DNA of 51,094 bases from Octopus sinensis (Eukaryota). Shown here piece after piece: positions 23,340 to 35,356 of this stretch (positions are counted from its first letter, which is position 1; every line of letters begins with the position of its first letter). The notes beneath the pieces are model-generated. The model was given only the letters and a program-made list of their open reading frames with translations. It was not told the origin of the DNA and did not search any database. The stretch spans positions 1-51,094 of the forward strand of contig NW_021834706.1 in NCBI RefSeq assembly GCF_006345805.1, written 5' to 3'. A program made the translations under genes and the position numbers.

Positions 23340-23428
23340 TCAGAGTGACTGTTCCCGGGGCATCTCCTTCGCCATCCTCCTCCGGCGCAACGCTTCTTCT
23401 ATTATGTCCACTGGGACCACGAAGCGGT
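23340..23428 (-). CDS. Candidate terminal coding exon, (D)RFVVPVDIIEEALRRRRMAKEMPREQSL*
   Basis: GC-rich unique island; acceptor tagtctttcttgtaattcag; protein-like composition; product not recognised. Confidence 0.4.
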
Positions 23429-23891
23429 CTGAATTACAAGAAAGACTACGTTCCACGCCTTAATGTAAAGTTACCCAACATAAATTACGCCATGGACAGC
23501 CAAAATTATGCTGATTTCATCTACAAAAGATCGGTTGATGACATTAACGTCTCTCACTCTCACCCTGTCATTTAATCAACCACTTTCAGAGAGTTAATTT
23601 GTCTTTCTTAACTTGCTTTTCTTTTCACATCAACTTGGTGGTAAGCCTACTGGAATACCAAGCAATTCTCGTTTAACATGACATAGTTTTTTTTCCAAAA
23701 CCGTTAATCTGCCGACACCCTATAAATTCCTAATAAAAGCAGGTTAATTACCCATAGAATATATGTTCCAAAAACCTCCTTTTCCGTTTGGCGAACGCGC
23801 TTCATATAATAAAACATTCATATAAGAAAGAATAGTACGTATGTTTGTGTATACATGCGCGCGCGCGGACGTAGGGATACACACACATGCA

Positions 23892-24030
23892 CACGAGGTG
23901 TGCTGAAAAGCTCCTGGCTCTAAGGGTCCTGCGAAACACCTGGTTGGCTTTTCGAAGAAATATAGGTGTATGGCGAAGGCATAGAATATTACCAACCAAG
24001 AATCGAAACCTTGTGTAGGTAGTACCAACT
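23892..24030. mobile_element. Mariner-type MITE end fragment
   Basis: cacgaggtgtgctgaaaagctcctggct resembles a mariner TIR. Confidence 0.4.
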
Positions 24031-24318
24031 AACCATTCATACACACATATGAATAAAGGGTTATATAAAGAATAAGTTCAAGTAGAAGAATTCAAACTTT
24101 TTGAGGAGTCCAAACGAGGAAATATTTCTAATAGATATTCATCATATCCAGAATGGTATCCTGCAACAGCAACCTTTGAAACCATCGTATGTGGATATTA
24201 GATTCTATATTGAACTTTTAACATCTATTCTCCATTTTTATTATTGTTTATAGTGTTTTATATTAGATTTTATATTTTAATCTTATACATGCCTATAGCG
24301 CCATTTACTACGTATATA

Positions 24319-24369
<51 letters not shown>

Positions 24370-24608
24370 ATATAATATATATATATATAATATATTATGT
24401 GAAATATAAAGATGAATAATCTTGTAGCAGATTAATCAAAAGTTTACCCATACCTTGGTAGCAAAAATCACAGCAGTAAACAGCACGGTTGGAAGGTACA
24501 ACCATATGGTGTTGCAACCGTGCGTTGGTGCGGATAATTGAAATTAAAATATTGGTGAATTGAAGAAATGGAGCTGAACGAAGATTGAACAGAAATCGTT
24601 TTATTTCA

Positions 24609-24687
24609 TTCTACACGTGTTCGAAAGGCACAATTTACCAAAATCCGATTGAATAATGGGACCATATTGTGTCTTTCTCTTCAGGAA
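24609..24687 (-). ncRNA. Hammerhead copy on left arm (GAAA reduced to GAA)
   Basis: UUC CUGAAGA GAAAG...CUUUC GAAC ACGU GUA GAA. Confidence 0.55.
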
Positions 24688-24882
24688 GAATAGGAAATCC
24701 GTTGGAAAAAACAAAAACAGAACAGAGGCGGAGCAAAACAAATCGAACTAGGCTCCTAAGAGCCCATGCAAAACTTTTGGCCATGGGCTCTTAGTTTTGC
24801 CATGGGCTCTTAGGAGCCTAGTTCGATTTGTTTTGCTCCGCCTCTGTTCTGTTTTTGTTTTTTCCAACGGATTTGCCTATTT

Positions 24883-24962
24883 CTCCTGAAGAGAAAGACA
24901 CAATATGGTCCCATTATTCAATCGGATTTTGGTAAATTGTGCCTTTCGAAACACGTGTAGAA
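24883..24962 (+). ncRNA. Type I hammerhead with intact core on right arm
   Basis: CUGAAGA GAAAG-A-CACAAU...AUUGUG-C-CUUUC GAAAC ACGU GUA GAA; stem II 5+6 bp; stem I short. Confidence 0.75.
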
Positions 24963-25023
24963 TGAAATAAAACGATTTCTGTTCAATCTTCGTTCAGCTC
25001 ATTTCTTCAATTCACCTATATAT

Positions 25024-25084
<61 letters not shown>

Positions 25085-25112
25085 TATATATATATATACT
25101 ATATATATATAC

Positions 25113-25154
<42 letters not shown>

Positions 25155-25321
25155 CAACAATTGAGGGTAAAATTAATTAATTATTAATCAATTTCACCAA
25201 GTATTCAGTATGTAAAGGGACCATTTAAGGCGAATTCAAAATATTACATTTTATAAAGGGCTTAGTAAAACAAATTACTTTGCCACATACTGAACTCATT
25301 AGAAATAGCAGCTAAAAAAAA

Positions 25322-25461
25322 TTTTTTTAGCCATTTCTAATACTTAAAGAAAATTTGTCTCAGATAGTGTTTACTCAAAATAACCCACGAAGGTATGGGT
25401 TATTTTGAGTAAACACTATCTGAGAGAAATTTTCTTTAAGTATTAGAAATGGCTAAAAAAA
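25322..25461. repeat. Hairpin with 66-bp arms and 8-nt loop
   Basis: One mismatch between arms; loop cgaaggta at 25388-25395. Confidence 0.95.
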
Positions 25462-25637
25462 TTTTCAAAATTTTCAAAAAATATCAAAGAAGCTTGCCTT
25501 ATATTCAAACGAAGCCACCATAAAGCAACTCATATATAATATATATATTTCAGATAATTTACTGAAAGCAAATGACGAAGACAGGTGAAGGAACAACAAG
25601 CAGGTGTAATAATTTCACGCTTGGAAACAACAGAAAA

Positions 25638-25678
25638 GTCTTTGACGTTTCGAGCCTATGCTCCTCGACAGAAAAGAC
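25638..25678 (-). ncRNA. Minimal hammerhead-like motif, A6U core variant, GUC site
   Basis: GUCUUUU CUGUCGA G GAGC-AUAG-GCUC GAAAC GUC AAAGAC. Confidence 0.6.
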
Positions 25679-25919
25679 TGAGGGGAATATATATATATAT
25701 ATATATATATATGGTATAGGTTTACCTATCCATTCGATGTGCATGGCATTTGACATTAGTTCCAAACACACCATTATCATTGATGACGCCATCGGACTGT
25801 AGAACCATGAATTTTTTATTTCCGGTTATTTACCGCAGTTTGTGTTCTGCGCTGTTTGAGTGTACGTGAACATGTTAAATATGATTGCACACGCATATAC
25901 ATCCTTTTCTGCAGCTATT

Positions 25920-26095
25920 CTGGGGTACCACCATGAAGAGTGTTAGTCGAATGAATCGGCTCCAATCCTTTCTCTCTTTCTGTTGAAGCCTGGCACTTAT
26001 TTTATCAGTCTGTTACCGAACCGCTTGGTTTTGGTGATGTAATCAGACAACACTAGATGTAAAGCGGTGGTGGGGAGACAAAAACACACAAAAAC
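25920..26095 (-). mobile_element. Old, diverged SINE family B 3' half
   Basis: gcctggcacttattttatcagtc...ccgaaccgc. Confidence 0.6.
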
Positions 26096-26105
26096 TCGCA
26101 CATAC

Positions 26106-26163
<58 letters not shown>

Positions 26164-26174
26164 GTTTTTTCATC

Positions 26175-26565
26175 TACTCTAGGCACAAGGCCCGAAATTT
26201 TGGAGGAGGAACCAGGCCGATTAGATCGACCCCATTTCGCAACTGGTACTTAATTTATTGACCTCGAAAGGATGAAAGGCAAAATCGACCTCGGCGGAAT
26301 TTGAACTCAGAACGTAGTGTCAGACGAAATACCTATTTCTTTACTACCCACAAGGGTCTAAACACAGAGAGGACAAACAAGGACAGACAAACGGATTAAG
26401 TCGATTATATCGACCCCAGTGCGTAACTGGTACTTATTTAATCGACCCCGAAGGGATGAAAGGCAAAGTCGACCTCGGCGGAATTTGAACTCAGAACGTA
26501 ACAGCAGACGAAATACCGCTATACATTTTGCCCAGAGCACTAACGATTCTGCCAGTACACCGCCT
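26175..26565 (-). mobile_element. Head-to-tail dimer of SINE family C (184-bp period)
   Basis: gaactcagaacgta at 26303 and 26487; junction gacgaaatacctatttctttactaccc. Confidence 0.9.
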
Positions 26566-26592
26566 TAATAATAGAAATAATAATAATAATAA

Positions 26593-26625
<33 letters not shown>

Positions 26626-26666
26626 TATTATTATTATTATCATTATTATTATTATTATTATTATTA

Positions 26667-26700
<34 letters not shown>

Positions 26701-26737
26701 GACAATAATAGTAATGGCAATAATAATAATAATAATA

Positions 26738-26775
<38 letters not shown>

Positions 26776-26887
26776 TATTATTATTATTATTATTATCATT
26801 ATTATTATTATTATCATTATTATTATTATTATTATTATGATTATTATTATGACAATAATAGTAATGGCAATAATAATAATAATAATA

Positions 26888-26918
<31 letters not shown>

Positions 26919-26920
26919 GC
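26566..26920. repeat. (AAT)n/(ATT)n microsatellite with alternating orientation
   Basis: Direct inspection. Confidence 0.95.
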
Positions 26921-27376
26921 GATGTAGATATATACTCCTTCTTTCGGTCTGCATTATATTTGAGTTTGGTTCCATTAAAGTTTAGATGTAATTGCATGTT
27001 TGATGTTAAAATTATCAGATAATAAAGGATATAATGAGAATGTACCGAATGTTTGTTAGGGTTGAAAGAAAACGAAGCAAAATTGCTCATCATTTTAGCT
27101 CTAGATAATTGTGATTAGAGTTAATTAAGGGTTGTGGTGGTGGTGGTGGTGGTGGTGGTGGTCATGGTGGTGGGGTTTCAGATATTGGGAGTAATATTTC
27201 TCAGCAGTCACTTCCGGTAAGCCAAACAGCTAATCGATGGTCTATAATTATTTATTTTTCACTCGAACACATCTTTAGTAAACACCAACATATATACGCA
27301 TAGCTCTCTCTCTCTCTCTGTCACTCTGTGTGTTTCTGTCTGTCTCTCACTGTCGGTCTGTCTGTCTCTCTCTCTT

Positions 27377-27441
<65 letters not shown>

Positions 27442-27560
27442 ATATTACATATATATAATAATAATAATATGAGGGAATATTATTCAAAACTTACAGGGAA
27501 AAATCAATTTAATTTTTCATTATTGAATAGATGAAATGTGGTCTTTTTCTAATTTTTTTA

Positions 27561-27618
<58 letters not shown>

Positions 27619-27806
27619 TTTCGGTCATTGAACCTTGGTTTAAAGTTTTGTTTTGTATGTTACTTACTCTGCCGCACTCATTTTACCAAACCGCAATTAT
27701 TTTACAGGGACGTAAACAGACCAACACCGTTTGTCAAGCAGTAGAGAGAGAGACAGGCGCACACACACATGTCCAAAGGAGTAGAGGGCATTACGTTTGG
27801 CACCAG

Positions 27807-27858
<52 letters not shown>

Positions 27859-28089
27859 TTTGTCTCACCAACATCGCTTGACAACTGATGCTTGTGTGTT
27901 TACGTACCCGTAACTTAGCGGTTCAGCAACAGAGGATCGAGATCAATTTTGTCTTTTATCCTTTTTTTCTTTTCTTTTTTCTTTAATCCTAACCATTCTT
28001 TCTCTTTTGCCTACGATTGTACATGTAATTCAAAACCACATCGTTGTAGCTTGTTCTCTCTTTGGCTCATAAATCGCTGAAGTTGTTTG

Positions 28090-28545
<456 letters not shown>

Positions 28546-28641
28546 TATATCTCGTGTCTACGAAGAGTTATATAAGCATTACATAGAGAAATTAGCAGTA
28601 ACTGGTTTGTTGTCGTGTTGTTTCCTCATTTTACATCATAG

Positions 28642-28734
28642 AAAGAAAAACGAGAGGCGGTGGCGGCGCGAGAGAGAGAGAGAGAGAGAAACAGCGGTGA
28701 GGAAGAAGTCTACCAAATTACCAATGCAGAGAAG
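28642..28734 (+). CDS. Candidate exon (93 bp), KEKREAVAARERERERNSGEEEVYQITNAEK, with GC-AG-type donor
   Basis: Acceptor tttcctcattttacatcatag; donor AAG|GCAAGT; includes a (GA)n run, so could be UTR. Confidence 0.25.
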
Positions 28735-29312
28735 GCAAGTACAGCAACGAAATGAAATACTATCTAGCGAGTGAAACAAAGTGCAGTATTATTTATATGA
28801 ATTACTCGTTCGTATGTAATGAACGAGTGATGTCGTCTTGCGTTGAGGCATCAATTTATAATCATCGCTTGTGGTGTATAGCTTGGTTTAAATGTCAAAG
28901 TGTTTGCTTTCTGCGTTTGGTTTGTTTTAGATTATGATAACAGAGATAATAGGTGTTTGGGAAAAAGATGTAGCTGGTTTGCAAAGCACGATAGTATATA
29001 AACATTTAAATCATTCAGTGTAGCTTTTATGATGAGATATATATATATATGGTAATGGCTGCGAAAACCCAAAAATACACAAATTTCTTCAAAACACAAA
29101 CACCCAAAACAAACTGGAATTGCAAACAGCTATAAAATTTGATGAGAATAAATATATAAATAAATAAATATATAAATAAATAAATAAACAAAGAAATAAA
29201 TGAATGCAGACAAGTGGATTAAAACTAAAAATTTCGAAAAGTAATTACTAGATAAGAAAAATAAATGAATAAATTTATCGAAAAAGAAATGGTACTCAAA
29301 TTGTTATTATTA

Positions 29313-29385
<73 letters not shown>

Positions 29386-29626
29386 CATTATTATTATTAT
29401 TATTAATTATTATTATTATTATTATTATATATATTATATTATTATTATCATTATTATTATTATTATTATATTATTATTATTATTATTATTATGTTATTAT
29501 TATTGTTATTATTATATTTTATTATTTTATCATTATTATTATTATTATTATATATTATTATTATTATTATTATATTATTATTGTTATTATTATTATTATT
29601 ATCATTATTATTATTATTATATTATT

Positions 29627-30180
29627 GATGAGAGAGCAGTTCATGCCATCAAAGTGACACTGGGGTAAAATATACGAAGCCCAATATACCCATCTTGACT
29701 ACCCGTCTGATAAAGGTACACCAGGCACATGCATCACAACCATATGTGCGCGACATGGTGATCTCATATCAAGATAAACAGCACATGACCTTGCAGGTGG
29801 GGCCCAGTTAGAATTTTCTTCAGGTTGAGTAGCCCATCCCGCTCAAACGGTCCCTGAATAAGGGTTGCTTAAGGATGTTGAAAGAACCACCCATGTTTCC
29901 AGAGGTGAACTATTCAAATCCCAAAGAATCCCTCTCAACACATGGCTATGATGCTCCCCCACTACTTCTGCTCGTGATCAGAGATGCACATATCGTCAGC
30001 CACTAAGGGACATGCTCAACTGGTTAAGGTCAAACAACTGACAAGCAAATCTGTGGTATTGAGCAGAATATTTGCTGTAGCCCATCTTTTATACCAAGAC
30101 AAAACAATGTACATGATAACACTTCCAATCAGTTAAGATCAGAAGCCATGAGAGCCACTGCCTGGTACTGCATCAGGGCA
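29627..30180. mobile_element. ~550-bp interspersed repeat embedded in (TTA)n on both sides
   Basis: Partial second copy at 38065-38385; flanks 29300-29626 and 30181-30377 are (TTA)n. Confidence 0.8.
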
Positions 30181-30189
30181 TTATTATTA

Positions 30190-30260
<71 letters not shown>

Positions 30261-30285
30261 GTTATTATTATTATTATTATTATTA

Positions 30286-30373
<88 letters not shown>

Positions 30374-30377
30374 TATT

Positions 30378-31230
30378 AAGGCTGCGAGTTGGCGAAATGC
30401 TAAGCGGCATTTCGTCTGTCTCTTTACGTTCTGAGTTCTAATTCCACTGAGGTCGACTTTGCCTTTCATCCTTTCGGGGTCGATAAATTAAGTAGCAGTT
30501 GAACACTGGGGTCGATGTAACCGTCTCATGCCCACCTCCCCCAAGCTGCCCTTGTGGCAAAAAATTGAAATAATTATTAAGGCGGCGTAATGGCAGAATC
30601 TTTAACACGCCGAGCAATAATGCTTAGCGCTATTTCGTCCGTCTCTACGTTCTAAGCTCAAATTCCACCGAGATCGATTTTGCTTTACATCATTTTCTGG
30701 GTCGATAAAATAAGTACCACGCGAGCATTGGCGTGGATGAAATCAATTTACCTCTTACCTTCAAAAACTGCCAGCCCTTTGCTAAAATTTGAATCATTAT
30801 CATCATCATCATCATCATCGTCTTTATTATTATAAACATGAAGATCGCCCCACGCTCATCACTATACAGGTACTGGCGTTGAAATCAATATTAAGAGCAG
30901 ACATCCGGCAGAATGGTTAAGCCACTGGTCAAAAATGCTCAGCAGTGTTTTCTTCGCTTTTGCGTTCTGATACTGAGTTCAAATTCTGCCGCGGGCGGAT
31001 ATTTCTATTTCATCATTTAGAGATCGATAAAATGAGTAGCTGTAGAACGTTTGGGTCATTGCAAACAACTTGCCCCTCCCTACCAAAACTTCAGGCTTTG
31101 TGTCTGCCAGAAAAAATGATTAGAAGCATTTTCGTTCGTTTTTTTTTCTTTTTTTCTTTTACGTTCCGCGTTCAAATTTCACCACGGTCGACTTTAGCTT
31201 TCATCTTTTGGGGTCGATAAAATAAGTACC
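30378..31230 (+). mobile_element. Cluster of diverged SINE family C copies
   Basis: Heads at ~30378, ~30580, ~30900 and a partial copy at ~31150. Confidence 0.75.
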
Positions 31231-31613
31231 ATACAGAAATTGAGTTGACTCCAAGTTTCACCCAGAGACCTCAAGAAACAAGTTAGAAGTTCATGCTGGT
31301 GTTATGCCTAGGGTGCCATATATTTGGTTTTGTACTTAGTGTTGTTCTAGAGAATGTTTAAGAAACCATAAGAAAATTATGTTTGTTTTGAAACTTGAGA
31401 TTACATAGAATGAATTTTGCGTATGATATGGGCAGTTCCCATGAGCACTGTCTTTTGAATTTCTGCCATTTTGGGGTTTCCTGGTATCTGAGCTACGTAG
31501 CAATCAGCCTCTTTTGCTATCATTCCCAGGGCACCTATGACAACAGGTATTATTGTTTTAGTCTTCAGTTTACACCTTTTGTATTATTATTATCATCATC
31601 ATCATCATCATCA

Positions 31614-31644
<31 letters not shown>

Positions 31645-32536
31645 CATTATTATTATTATTATTATTATTATTGATTGTGAATTAAAAAACATAAGAGTAT
31701 GAGATATGGAGGAAATATGAATATATATTAGTTCAGGCGAAAATAACGATAACAGCATGTTGTTGAAAAAAATGGAAAAATATACGAATTTTCGTTGCTT
31801 TCCATCTGCTGTTTACATGACACAAGATTATATAAAAAGAATATATAAAAATATATAGTGTTATTGATCTGTTGATTACAGTACGACGTATGCATTGACA
31901 AGTATGGTTGACACTCTAAAAGCTACGTGTGTAGCTAAAAAAAAAAAGAAAAGAAATAAATAAACACCAGCTAAAACAGAAAAAGAAAAAAATAATAGCA
32001 TAAAATAAAATCTATTTAAAAATACAGCAAAGAAATTAGAAAAAATATTTATTCAGACGAATTAATAAAAAGAAAGAAAGAAAATTAAAAAAACATTTCT
32101 TGTGCGTTTTTAAATACATTTTTCTCTTTTATTTTTTCGATTTAACTCTTTTCGCTTTTTTTTTATAATTTTTCAGTTTTTCTTTTGGTTCTTTATAATT
32201 AAATATTTGATTTGATTCGATTCGATTTTCACGTCTGCACTTTCGTCTGCATTATCTTAATGTCTTATCGTGTTTACCAAAGCAATCAAATGGATACAAA
32301 ATGATCTGGCTATTAGTAAAGAGTGAAGTATGTGCGTTTGTTTTTTTTTTTCAATTTTTCACTAATTTTTTTTCTAATTTTTCTCTAATTTTTTTTTTTC
32401 AAATTTTTCTCTAATTTTTTTTTTCTGCACTAAAATTAGAAGGTGAACGTTCGTTCTATCGATAACATACTAAATTTATCAGATCTTTTGTTGTACATGT
32501 TTTTAGCTGTCGTCAGTTTACTACGAGAACACTTGT

Positions 32537-32548
32537 CGGAAGTGACGT
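32537..32548 (+). promoter_or_regulatory. Overlapping ETS-CRE motif CGGAAGTGACGT
   Basis: Motif match in unique sequence; function inferred. Confidence 0.3.
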
Positions 32549-33829
32549 AAATAAAATTTATTTACCTGCTTTTGTTCGTTTGTTTTTCACCTCTTTGTTA
32601 CTGTAACTTTATCAGTTAATAGTCATGGTTGACCTCAAACGACTGAGTAGGTTATCCAGATACGATTCTGCCTTCGAGTATTTCGCTTCAATTAGCTTTT
32701 CGTAGCTGCGATTTTTTTTTTCAACCGCATAGATTTTCGTAGCTTCGATTTTACAAACCCTAGAGAAAAATATACTCCACTTTATTTTCGTGGCTGCAGT
32801 TTTCCAGACCCAGCGAAATATGCGCTCCCTTTGTTTATCGTAGCTACTATTTTCCAATCTCACAACATTTTGTAACTTGCGATTGGCTAAAATTACCAAA
32901 ATTTTCAAATTTTAATTGCTAATAATACTTAATTTATTGATTTGTAGCGAAAATTATTTTCACGTCGTTCATGTTCACTCGTTTCTTTTTGTCATTGAAG
33001 TGGTTGTGAGATGTACTAAAAATAGCAGCCAAGTAACGTTTATTTGGATAAATATTTTAAGTTCGCGCTATCTCATTAAATGCATATTGAATGCTTCAAA
33101 CTAAAAATAAACACGTGTTGTTTACAAATATTGACAACACGTGCGATTTTCAGGATGCTGATGACGACAGCTTCCAAATCCTGTTTCTTGACTGGGTGAA
33201 AGTGATCGAACTTCTATAACTTTTTAAAACCATTTTTTCTGGAGAAAGTGAATTAACTCCAGCAATTAAGCATGGAAAAGTATATTATTGTGCCAAATTT
33301 GAAAATTTTTGATGAACTTTAATTTTTGAAATGCTGGCAGCAAAACCAATTAGATTCCCGGCTCCGACCAACGAGTTTGCCACATCACCCACGAATGCAG
33401 GCCACATCCGATGTTGAGGTGTAAGATTTAAGTTTGGAGTTTCATAACAGATTTACTCCCGATTAAGCAAAACAAAAACAAAAAAAGAATAAGATCGTTA
33501 TTGTCATATCACGATCGTAACCACAACCACCACACAATCTAACCCCGCGCACTGGGATTGAACCCGAAAACACATGGTTACTAAGCGTGCTTCTTAACCG
33601 CACAACCATGCCTGCACATCTGTTTATTATTTGGGTCAGTTTTCATTCAGAAGATGACAGGTTTATTACCAGATCAGAAAGTGTGACTGTGGCGGGTGTC
33701 GTGGTGGTAGTGGTGGTGGTGGTGGTGGTGATAGGAAGGGTTTTGGTAGATATAGCAACTACTTTAGGGAACTTGAAAGTAAAATATAAGGCAGTGCTTA
33801 ATCTCTGCTCTGCCCACTCCTCTATTTCT

Positions 33830-34440
33830 CTACCTATATAACCGTTTCTCTCTATATCTTTCTCTTTCTCTATCTCTCTCACTCTGTTTCTCTCTCTCTT
33901 TATCTGTCTGTCTATCTGTCCGTTTCTCTCTTTATCATTAACATTTCTCTCTCTCTCATCATCTCTCTCTTTTGCTTCAACTCTCTCTCCTTCTGAGCCC
34001 CTCTTTCTCTCTCGTGCTCTCTCCAACTACCCCGCTCTCCCTTACTTTCTCTTTATCTCTCAGACTTATCCACGCTCTACCTACCTTCATTTTCTCTCTC
34101 ACCAGCTCTCTTTCTCTTTCTTTATCTCTCCCCAGCTCGCTCGCTCTCTAACTCTCCCTCTGTCTCTCTCTAACCCTTTCTCCCATATTAACTCTCTCTG
34201 TCTTTCTAACCCTCTCTCGCTAACCCCCACTCAATCTGCAACCCTCTCTCTTGCACTCTCTCCAACTATCCCGCTTTCTCTCTGTCTCTCTCTCTTTCTC
34301 TCTATCTCTTAAACTTATCCGCGTTCTCCTTACCCTCTTTTTCTCTCTCTCATCAGCTCTCTTTCTCTTTCCTTCTCGTTCTCACTCTCTCTTCCTCTCA
34401 CTCCCTTCTTCTCCCTCTTTCCATCTCTCCCAGTTTACCA
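33830..34440. repeat. (CT)-rich low-complexity tract
   Basis: Direct inspection. Confidence 0.9.
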
Positions 34441-34635
34441 GATATTGGTAATACAAACTGCCCTAACCCATGCACCAACGAACACTTGCCATAAAAATCG
34501 ACAAATTTTAGAGCAAACTAAACAAATACTACGTAAAAATAAAACAGATCCAACCTCGACGTGGTAAAGCCGACATTTGATTTGTCATAGACCTTCTCTC
34601 TATACTGTATTAAGCATCTGTAAAGATAAAGAATT

Positions 34636-34847
34636 GTAGAGGCGCAATGGCCCTGTGGTTAGGGCAGCGAACTCGCGGTCGGAGGATCGCACTTTCGATT
34701 CCCAGACAGGGCGTTGTGTGTGTTTATTGAGCGAAAACACCTAAAGCTCCACGAGGCTCCGACAGGGGGTGGTGGCGACCCCTGTTAAACTCTTTCGCCC
34801 CAACTTTCTCTCACTCTTTCTTCCTGTTTCTTGAGTAACGCTGCGAT

Positions 34848-34850
<3 letters not shown>
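34636..34850 (+). mobile_element. SINE family A-related 5' portion
   Basis: gtagaggcgcaatggccctgtggttagggcagcg head. Confidence 0.85.
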
Positions 34851-34926
<76 letters not shown>

Positions 34927-34930
<4 letters not shown>

Positions 34931-35064
34931 ACAATTATTCGGTAGACAAAATAAAACTCTGAGTTTCGGATGCCAAGGTGGAAATCCACACCACCATCTC
35001 TTCAGTTATCACCCTAAGCATCCGAAACTCAGAGTTTTATTTTGGCTACCGAATAATTGTCACA
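34927..35064. repeat. Inverted repeat, 47-bp arms, 44-nt spacer, between two (TA)n arrays
   Basis: One mismatch between arms. Confidence 0.95.
34950..35010 (-). ncRNA. Type I hammerhead with intact core
   Basis: GAUAA CUGAAGA GAUG...CAUC C GAAAC UCAGA GUU UUAUU: stem I 5 bp, stem III ACUC/GAGU; one extra C before GAAA. Confidence 0.65.
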
Positions 35065-35066
35065 AA

Positions 35067-35104
<38 letters not shown>

Positions 35105-35106
<2 letters not shown>

Positions 35107-35248
35107 CAACAATTGATGAACGGCCACAATAGGCCGTTCGACCCACTAGAAAGAGCAGCCAGGGCTCCAACCGCAAATAGTAGTAATTCCGAAATTTAAG
35201 GAAAAATTTTTTAAAACGGCCTATTGTGGCCGTTCCTCAATTGTTGTT
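35105..35248. repeat. Inverted repeat, 34-bp arms, 76-nt spacer
   Basis: aacaacaattgatgaacggccacaataggccgtt versus aacggcctattgtggccgttcctcaattgttgtt; one mismatch. Confidence 0.9.
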
Positions 35249-35356
35249 GAATTTATTTATAGTCTCTGACTATTTCCTCTTTCTCACTAGACAGCTGGTG
35301 GCAAAAAAATTTCTATTGAATTTTTTGCTACCCTAAATTGACTAATATATATATAT

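Larger units (their letters stand above)
24554..25016. repeat. 463-bp palindrome (arms 24554-24774 and 24794-25016) of Penelope-like sequence
   Basis: Arms are reverse complements apart from a few single-base differences, mostly indels; 19-nt spacer duplicates the start of the right arm. Confidence 0.95.

Noticed and set aside
23345-23575. Plus-strand 76-aa ORF as a neuropeptide precursor (KK and KR sites)
   Set aside because: Starts at a non-ATG codon, has no proper signal peptide and no repeated or amidated peptides
32612-32908. 98-aa minus-strand ORF
   Set aside because: Non-ATG start, AT-rich low-information sequence, no homology recognised
33120-33430. Exon candidates on both strands (DADDDSFQILFLDW; KFDHFHPVKKQDLEAVV)
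   Set aside because: No convincing donor on either strand
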